DNA of 64,000 bases from an uncultured Gemmatimonadales bacterium (GTDB taxonomy: Bacteria; Gemmatimonadota; Gemmatimonadetes; Gemmatimonadales; GWC2-71-9), in contig CAWCFX010000001.1 of the NCBI GenBank assembly GCA_963795085.1, positions 32,001-96,000 on the forward strand, read 5' to 3'. The notes beneath the pieces were generated by a model. That model was given only the letters and a program-made list of their open reading frames with translations, searched no databases and had not been told where the DNA came from. Positions 58,669 to 64,000 of this stretch are shown here, one piece after another (within the stretch, counting starts at the first letter, position 1; each line of letters opens with the position of its first letter). The position numbers and the translations under genes are program-made.

Positions 58669-59736
58669 CTACCGGGGGACCAGGTCGGTCCCGCTTCCTA
58701 CTTTTCTGGCAAAGGCGGCCAGCACCCGGGCCGCCTGTTCCACGTCCGATAGCGCGATCATCTCGTTGGGGCTGTGCATGTAGCGGAGGGGGACCGACAC
58801 CAGGCCGGTTGCCACGCCGCGGTGCGCGGTGAAGATGGCGTCGGCATCAGTGCCGGTCCACCGCGGGGCGGCATGCAAGGCGAACGGGATCTTCTCGGCT
58901 TCGGCTGCTTCGACCAGCAGGTTGAACACCCCGCTGTTGATCGCGGAACCGCGGCTCAGGACCGGACCCCCGCCCAGCTTGATCTCCCCGTGCTGTTTCT
59001 TTTCGATGCCGGGGCAGTCGGTGGCGTGGGTGACATCCACCACGATCGCGATGTCCGCCTCCAGGCCGGTCGCCGAGGTCCGGGCGCCCCCGCCGGTGTA
59101 GGAGATCTCTTCCTGGGTGGTCGCCACCGCGGTCACCGTCACGGTGGGGCGCTCGGCCGCCAGCAGCCGGAGGGCTTCCAGCACCACGAAGGCGCCGATC
59201 CGGTTGTCGAGGCTCCGGCTGACCAGCCGGCCTCCCGGATATTCCTCGACGCCGGCGGCCAGGACCCCGGCATCGCCCACCCGCACCCGGGCCGTTGCCT
59301 CTTCCCGGGTATTGGCGCCTATATCAATCCAGAGGTCGCTGGTCCGGGAGACCTTTTCCCGGTCCTCCTTTTCCATCAGGTGAATGGCCTTCTTGCCGAT
59401 CACCCCGTGCACGGTTTCGCTCCGGCCCAGGAGCAGCACCCGCTGCCCCACGAATACCTGGGAATCCCATCCACCGATCGTGTCGAAGTAAACAAATCCC
59501 TCGGCGTCCACGTGAGTGACCATGATGCCGATCTCGTCGATATGGCCGGCGAACATGATGCTGGGACGTGCCTCTCCCGAGAGCGTTGCGTAGGAATTGC
59601 CGCCGTTGTCAGCCCGGACCTGGTCGGCAAACTTTTCGGCCTCGGACCGCCACAGCCGCGCGGGCAGGCTCTCGAAGCAGGAGGGCCCGGGAGAATCCAG
59701 CAACTTCTTGAGGAGGGCGAGGGAAGACGTTTCCAT
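58669..59736 (-). CDS. M42 family aminopeptidase
   Basis: GHIDEIG, LDNR, QEE, VDV, GTDA, RYMHS. Confidence 0.93.
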   Translation of the reverse strand: METSSLALLKKLLDSPGPSCFESLPARLWRSEAEKFADQVRADNGGNSYATLSGEARPSIMFAGHIDEIGIMVTHVDAEGFVYFDTIGGWDSQVFVGQRVLLLGRSETVHGVIGKKAIHLMEKEDREKVSRTSDLWIDIGANTREEATARVRVGDAGVLAAGVEEYPGGRLVSRSLDNRIGAFVVLEALRLLAAERPTVTVTAVATTQEEISYTGGGARTSATGLEADIAIVVDVTHATDCPGIEKKQHGEIKLGGGPVLSRGSAINSGVFNLLVEAAEAEKIPFALHAAPRWTGTDADAIFTAHRGVATGLVSVPLRYMHSPNEMIALSDVEQAARVLAAFARKVGSGTDLVPR

Positions 59737-59836
59737 GTCGTTGTTCTATCTGTCGTCGGGATACCCATCACTACCGGTTGAACTGCCGTATATCGGCCCC
59801 TGGCCGGAATACTTGAACCTTCCCGGGAACCCCTCC

Positions 59837-59864
59837 CACTGCCCACTCCTCACTCCTGACTCCT
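59837..59864. repeat. 7-mer tandem repeat (CACTCCT x~4)
   Basis: cactgcc cactcct cactcct gactcct. Confidence 0.65.
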
Positions 59865-59869
59865 CGTTT

Positions 59870-62059
59870 CTATCTCTTTCCCGCCACCCGCCACAGCATC
59901 GCCCCCATGGCCAGGAAAATGGCCATGGCCACCAGGTCGCTGGCGGCAAAGGCGCCCAGCCCGCTCTCCACTCCTGCCAGGTGGGCCAGGTAGTCCGCGG
60001 CCGGGATGTTGGCCGCCGCGGCGCGGCTGTTCAGGATAGTGGCGAGGCCCGCGACGAAGATACCCGCGATGGCGCCTCCGGCGATGAGCCCGCTGGAGAA
60101 CAGGACACCCGGGCCTGATTCCAGTTCGGCAATAGATTCGGTGCCGGGGCTCTTTTTCCGTTCCACCAGCCAGCGGATGACGCCGCCGGCAAACATGGCG
60201 GAGGAGGTCGAGATCGGCAGATACACCCCCACGGCGATGGGCAGCGACTGGAGACCCATGAGTTCAATGCCGATGGTGATGAAAACGCCGAGAAGCACCA
60301 GGGTCCAGGGCAGCTTCTGGGTCAGGATCCCGTCGGTGACCAGGGCCATGATGGTGGCCTTGGGGCTGTCCAGCTTGGTAATGGGCTTGCCGTTCAGCTC
60401 GCGGACCCGGCCCCCGATCCCGGGGTCCACCAGGAAGGCAACTTCCCGGGTCTGGGGATCCACCAGATACTTCCCGGCGGTGATGCCCTGGGTGATCACG
60501 TTGACCCGGACCACGCGGTATTCTTTTCCCTGGTGCTGCATCATCTCGCCGGTGGCGGTGATAGAGCGGTCCGGCGAGTTCCCTTCCGGGATCTCCAGGG
60601 CCACGCCGGGATGGGGTTCGGGGACAATGTTGGTGTAGGTGCTGTTGAGCAGGGTGAGGGTCCACCCGATGACCAGGGCGGACGTGAGTGCGCCGATCAT
60701 GATGCCGACCTGCTGCTTCCAGGGCGTGGCGCCGACGAGGAAGCCGGTCTTGAGATCCTGCGAAGTCGCCCCGGCGTTGCCCGCGGCCACCGCGATGACG
60801 GCGGCCAGCGAAATGGCCCCCACCCGGTGATCCACTCCGGTCCACCCGATAATGAGAAAAATGAAGCAGATCCCGATCAGGGCGGCGATGGTCATTCCGG
60901 AAATCGGGTTGGCGCTGGAGCCGATCTCGCCAGTGATCCGGGAAGAGACGGTGACGAAAAAGAACCCGAACACGATGATCAGGACCGCGCCCAGCAGGTT
61001 GACGGCCAGGGTGGGCAGCAGGGTCAGGGCCAGGGCCAGGACGATGGCACCGAGAACGGTAATCCAGACCGGCAGGTCGAGGTCGGTGCGGATGCGCTCG
61101 GCCGCAACGCCCATACTGCCCCGCAGGTCCTGGAACCCGGAGCGGAACGCCCCGACGATGGTCGGCAGCGACCGGATCAGCGCGATGATGCCGGCGGAGG
61201 CCACCGCCCCGGCGCCGATGAAGAAGATGTAGTTGGCGCGAATCTCGCCCGGGCTCATCCCGGAAATCAGCGTGGCGCCGGGAAAGAGCGGGGTGGTCAG
61301 CCCCTCGCCGAAGAACTTGATGGCCGGCACCAGCACCAGGTAGGCCAGCGTCCCCCCGGCAAACAGGTACCCCGCGATCCGCGGCCCAATGATGTAGCCG
61401 ACGCCCATCAGTTCCGGGGAGACCTCCGTGCTGGCGACGGCCCCGGGATAGGCCCGGGTGGCGAACGAGGGGTACTCCTTCCAGGCCTTGAGGCCGGCCA
61501 TCAGGAACTTGTACCCGAAGGCGAGCCCAAAGGCCTGGAACAGCAGGCGGGCCTGCAGCCCCCCCCGTTCGCCGGCCTTCAGCACCTCGGCACACGCGGT
61601 GCCCTCCGGGTAGGTGAGTTTCCCGTGTTCCTTGACGATCAGGGCGCGGCGCAGGGGAATCATCATCAACACCCCGAGGATGCCGCCGACCACCGCGAGG
61701 ACCGCCACCTTCCCCACGCTCAGGTCATACCCCATCAGGAGAATCGCCGGAACGGTGAAGACGATACCGGCAGCGATGGACTCGCCGGCCGACCCGGTCG
61801 TCTGGACCATGTTGTTTTCCAGGATGGTGCTGCCGAACCGGCGAAAAAAAGCCACCGCAATGACCGCGATGGGAATGGACGCCGAGACCGTCAGGCCGAT
61901 CTTGAGCGCCAGGTAGACGCTGGACGCGGCGAAGACCACCCCCAGCAGGGCCCCCAGCACGACGGCCCGGGTGGTGAACTCCCGGGGAGCCTCGGCGGCG
62001 GAGACATACGGCTGAAAGACCGGGTCCTCGGTCGGAGCGGGACTCGCTGTGGGCGGCAT
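59870..62059 (-). CDS. OPT family oligopeptide transporter
   Basis: EFTTRA, LKIGLTVSASIP, ENNMVQT, YPEG.ACA, QDLKTG, AVGVYLP. Confidence 0.95.
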   Translation of the reverse strand: MPPTASPAPTEDPVFQPYVSAAEAPREFTTRAVVLGALLGVVFAASSVYLALKIGLTVSASIPIAVIAVAFFRRFGSTILENNMVQTTGSAGESIAAGIVFTVPAILLMGYDLSVGKVAVLAVVGGILGVLMMIPLRRALIVKEHGKLTYPEGTACAEVLKAGERGGLQARLLFQAFGLAFGYKFLMAGLKAWKEYPSFATRAYPGAVASTEVSPELMGVGYIIGPRIAGYLFAGGTLAYLVLVPAIKFFGEGLTTPLFPGATLISGMSPGEIRANYIFFIGAGAVASAGIIALIRSLPTIVGAFRSGFQDLRGSMGVAAERIRTDLDLPVWITVLGAIVLALALTLLPTLAVNLLGAVLIIVFGFFFVTVSSRITGEIGSSANPISGMTIAALIGICFIFLIIGWTGVDHRVGAISLAAVIAVAAGNAGATSQDLKTGFLVGATPWKQQVGIMIGALTSALVIGWTLTLLNSTYTNIVPEPHPGVALEIPEGNSPDRSITATGEMMQHQGKEYRVVRVNVITQGITAGKYLVDPQTREVAFLVDPGIGGRVRELNGKPITKLDSPKATIMALVTDGILTQKLPWTLVLLGVFITIGIELMGLQSLPIAVGVYLPISTSSAMFAGGVIRWLVERKKSPGTESIAELESGPGVLFSSGLIAGGAIAGIFVAGLATILNSRAAAANIPAADYLAHLAGVESGLGAFAASDLVAMAIFLAMGAMLWRVAGKR

Positions 62060-62134
62060 GCGGGTTTCCTCGACGGGTTAAGCGGGGAGATAGGGGCGCC
62101 CCAAGCTACGCCGGGACAGTGAGTTCGTCCAGCG

Positions 62135-62193
62135 TGTGGCCCAGGTCACGTGTGAGCACAGTCACTGTGAAAAGCCTCCCGATGGTCCAAACT
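62135..62193 (+). promoter_or_regulatory. Tandem CRP/FNR-like boxes and -10-like element upstream of the stress-gene cluster
   Basis: TGTGG-N6-TCACG 62135-62150; TGTGA-N6-TCACT 62151-62166; CAAACT 62188-62193. Confidence 0.5.
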
Positions 62194-62256
62194 CCATCCA
62201 CATCAGGAAGACATTCCATCGCTGGCCGCACGTTCACGTTCGAAAGGGTGTTTCCA

Positions 62257-62406
62257 ATGCTCGAAACGATCTTCGTGATTCTCCTGGTGCTCTGGCTGCT
62301 GGGCATGGTCACGTCGTACACGCTCGGCGGGTTCATACACGTCCTCCTGGTGCTGGCGATCGTCGCCATCGTGGTACGCGTGATCCAGGGGCGGCGACCA
62401 ATTTAG
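62257..62406 (+). CDS. lmo0937-family small membrane protein
   Basis: MLETIFVILLVLWLLGMVTSYTLGGFIHVLLVLAIV. Confidence 0.88.
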   Translation: MLETIFVILLVLWLLGMVTSYTLGGFIHVLLVLAIVAIVVRVIQGRRPI

Positions 62407-62444
62407 GCAACCAGTTTCTCACCCATCAACAACAGGAGCCGGAC

Positions 62445-62963
62445 ATGGCTGACAATAGAGAGAAGAACCGGAAGGACGAGCCGGATGCCAACCGTGACCC
62501 GATCACGGGAGCCCCGGGCTCGCACCCGGTGGGAACCGGGCTGGGCGCGGCCGGCGGGGCCGCGGCGGGTGCCGCCCTGGGCGCGGCGGCAGGCCCGGTG
62601 GGCGCGGTGGTCGGCGGCGCGGTCGGTGCGGTCGCCGGCGGGCTGGCCGGCAAAGGCGCCGCGGAAGCCGTGAACCCCACGGTGGAGGACACCTACTGGC
62701 GCGAGAACTACGCCAGCCGTCCCTACGTGACCCCGGGAACGGACTACGATACCTACGCCCCCGCCTACCGCTACGGCTGGGAGTCCCGCGGCCATTTCAT
62801 CGGCAGCAGCTTCGATGAGGTGGAATCGGACCTGGGCCGGGAGTGGGACAAGGCGAAGGGCAAGTCCAGCCTCGGCTGGGACCGCGCCCGGGAAGCCGCG
62901 CGGGACGCGTGGCACCGGGTCGAACGGGCCCTTCCGGGCGACGCCGACAACGACGGCAGGTAG
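62445..62963 (+). CDS. Glycine-zipper stress-type protein
   Basis: ANRDPITGAPGSHPVGTG, Gly zipper, EDTYWR, AYRYG, ARDAW; AGGAG RBS. Confidence 0.85.
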   Translation: MADNREKNRKDEPDANRDPITGAPGSHPVGTGLGAAGGAAAGAALGAAAGPVGAVVGGAVGAVAGGLAGKGAAEAVNPTVEDTYWRENYASRPYVTPGTDYDTYAPAYRYGWESRGHFIGSSFDEVESDLGREWDKAKGKSSLGWDRAREAARDAWHRVERALPGDADNDGR

Positions 62964-63029
62964 GAAGTGCCGGGACTCGAGATCGTGCTCCCCCGGGGGC
63001 ATCAACCCAGGCCGCGTCAAAGGACTACC

Positions 63030-63251
63030 ATGAAACCGGCAGGAATCGCAGGAGTCGTGCTGATCATCCTCGGCGTGCTGGCGCTCGTCTTCAAGGGCTT
63101 CAGCTTTACCGACCGGGACAGCCACGATCTCGGGCCCATTGATATCGTCACCGAACAGAAGGAGACGGTGCCGGTCTCGCCCATCCTGGGCGGACTGGCC
63201 ATCGTCGGCGGTGTCGTGCTTCTGGTGGTGTCACGACGAACGAAGGCGTAG
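63030..63251 (+). CDS. Small 2-TM membrane protein (DUF3185-like)
   Basis: GVVLIILGVLAL...DLGP...PILGGLAIVGG. Confidence 0.8.
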   Translation: MKPAGIAGVVLIILGVLALVFKGFSFTDRDSHDLGPIDIVTEQKETVPVSPILGGLAIVGGVVLLVVSRRTKA

Positions 63252-63257
63252 GGAAAA

Positions 63258-63290
63258 GGGGGCCAGGGGGCAAGTCAGCCCCTGGCCCCC
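63258..63290. terminator. GC-rich hairpin between convergent genes
   Basis: gggggccagggg / cccctggccccc 12-bp perfect stem; no T-tract. Confidence 0.55.
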
Positions 63291-63303
63291 GTCCCACTCG
63301 CCA

Positions 63304-64000
63304 TCAGGAACTCGGAATCCGGTCGAGCCGAGCCGCCGCTTCCCGCAGCATCTCCTCCGTTTTGCAGAAGGCAAATCGCACCAGCGTTCGCCCCATCGAC
63401 TTGTCGCTGAAGAAGCTGGAGCCGGGGACCGGGGTCACCCCGACCTCCTCGGTGAGCCAGTAGCTGAACTCCACGTCCCCCAGGCTGCTCAGCCGGGAGA
63501 AATCCGCCAGCACGTAATAGGCGCCTTCCGGAGGGGTCAGCGCGAAGCCGGCGCCCGACAAGACCCCGCACAGGAGGTCGCGGCGGGCCCGGTACCCGGT
63601 GGAGAGGGCGGCATAGAACGCCGCATCGCACCGCTCCAGGGCGACGGCCACCGCCTCCTGGAGGGGGGCCGGCGACCCCACGGTAAGGAAGTCGTGCACC
63701 TTGCGGATTGCATCCGTCTCCTCCGGCGGGGCGATGATCCACCCCACCCGCCACCCGGTGACGCTGAAGGTCTTGGAAGCACCGCTGATGGTGATGGCAA
63801 GGTCGCGCATCCCGGGAAGCGTGGCGATGGGAAGGTGGGGCCCGTCGTAGCGAATATGCTCGTAGATTTCGTCCGTCACCGCGTAGATGCCGTGGCGGAC
63901 ACAGAGGCGGGCGATCCCGTTAAGCTCGGCCTCGGTCAGCACCCGGCCGGTGGGATTGCTGGGGGTATTCACGATGATCGCGCGAGTTCGGGGGCTGATC
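63304..64000 (-). CDS. Class I/II PLP aminotransferase (partial, start outside window)
   Basis: NTPSNPTG, DEIY, SKTFSVTGWRVG, VRFAFCK. Confidence 0.93.
   Translation of the reverse strand, partial: ISPRTRAIIVNTPSNPTGRVLTEAELNGIARLCVRHGIYAVTDEIYEHIRYDGPHLPIATLPGMRDLAITISGASKTFSVTGWRVGWIIAPPEETDAIRKVHDFLTVGSPAPLQEAVAVALERCDAAFYAALSTGYRARRDLLCGVLSGAGFALTPPEGAYYVLADFSRLSSLGDVEFSYWLTEEVGVTPVPGSSFFSDKSMGRTLVRFAFCKTEEMLREAAARLDRIPSS

Overview
GC-rich bacterial chromosomal window with about 60 mostly housekeeping and envelope genes. A Gemmatimonadota origin is inferred from SusC/SusD genes in a very high-GC context and from the gene set; this was not verified. No rRNA, tRNA, CRISPR array, transposase, integrase or reverse transcriptase was recognised. 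Main contents: leuS, a DEAD-box helicase, fabH, nth plus PolX-PHP, two ECF sigma/anti-sigma operons (one heads a TolC/MacAB-type efflux system whose ATPase is frameshifted), an MsrPQ-like pair, and peptidases with an OPT transporter. Most notable: (1) an IclR-cyanophycinase-SusC-SusD-isoaspartyl peptidase/asparaginase-Omp85 barrel locus that looks like a PUL-style cyanophycin utilisation system (11562-20062); (2) an ORF-less ~440 bp gap between convergent genes with two CRP/FNR-box + -10 promoter units, each followed by long-stem structured RNAs and ending in a terminator (candidate sRNA cluster, 21840-22283); (3) an AT-rich ~680 bp mosaic 95-bp tandem and inverted repeat array upstream of the DEAD-box helicase (9293-9975); (4) several enzymes with substituted catalytic or ligand residues (PolX, Nth, a nicotinamidase-like protein, an alpha/beta hydrolase); (5) many apparently leaderless genes and 7-9 bp intergenic microsatellites. 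All functional calls come from motif recognition by eye, not from database searches.
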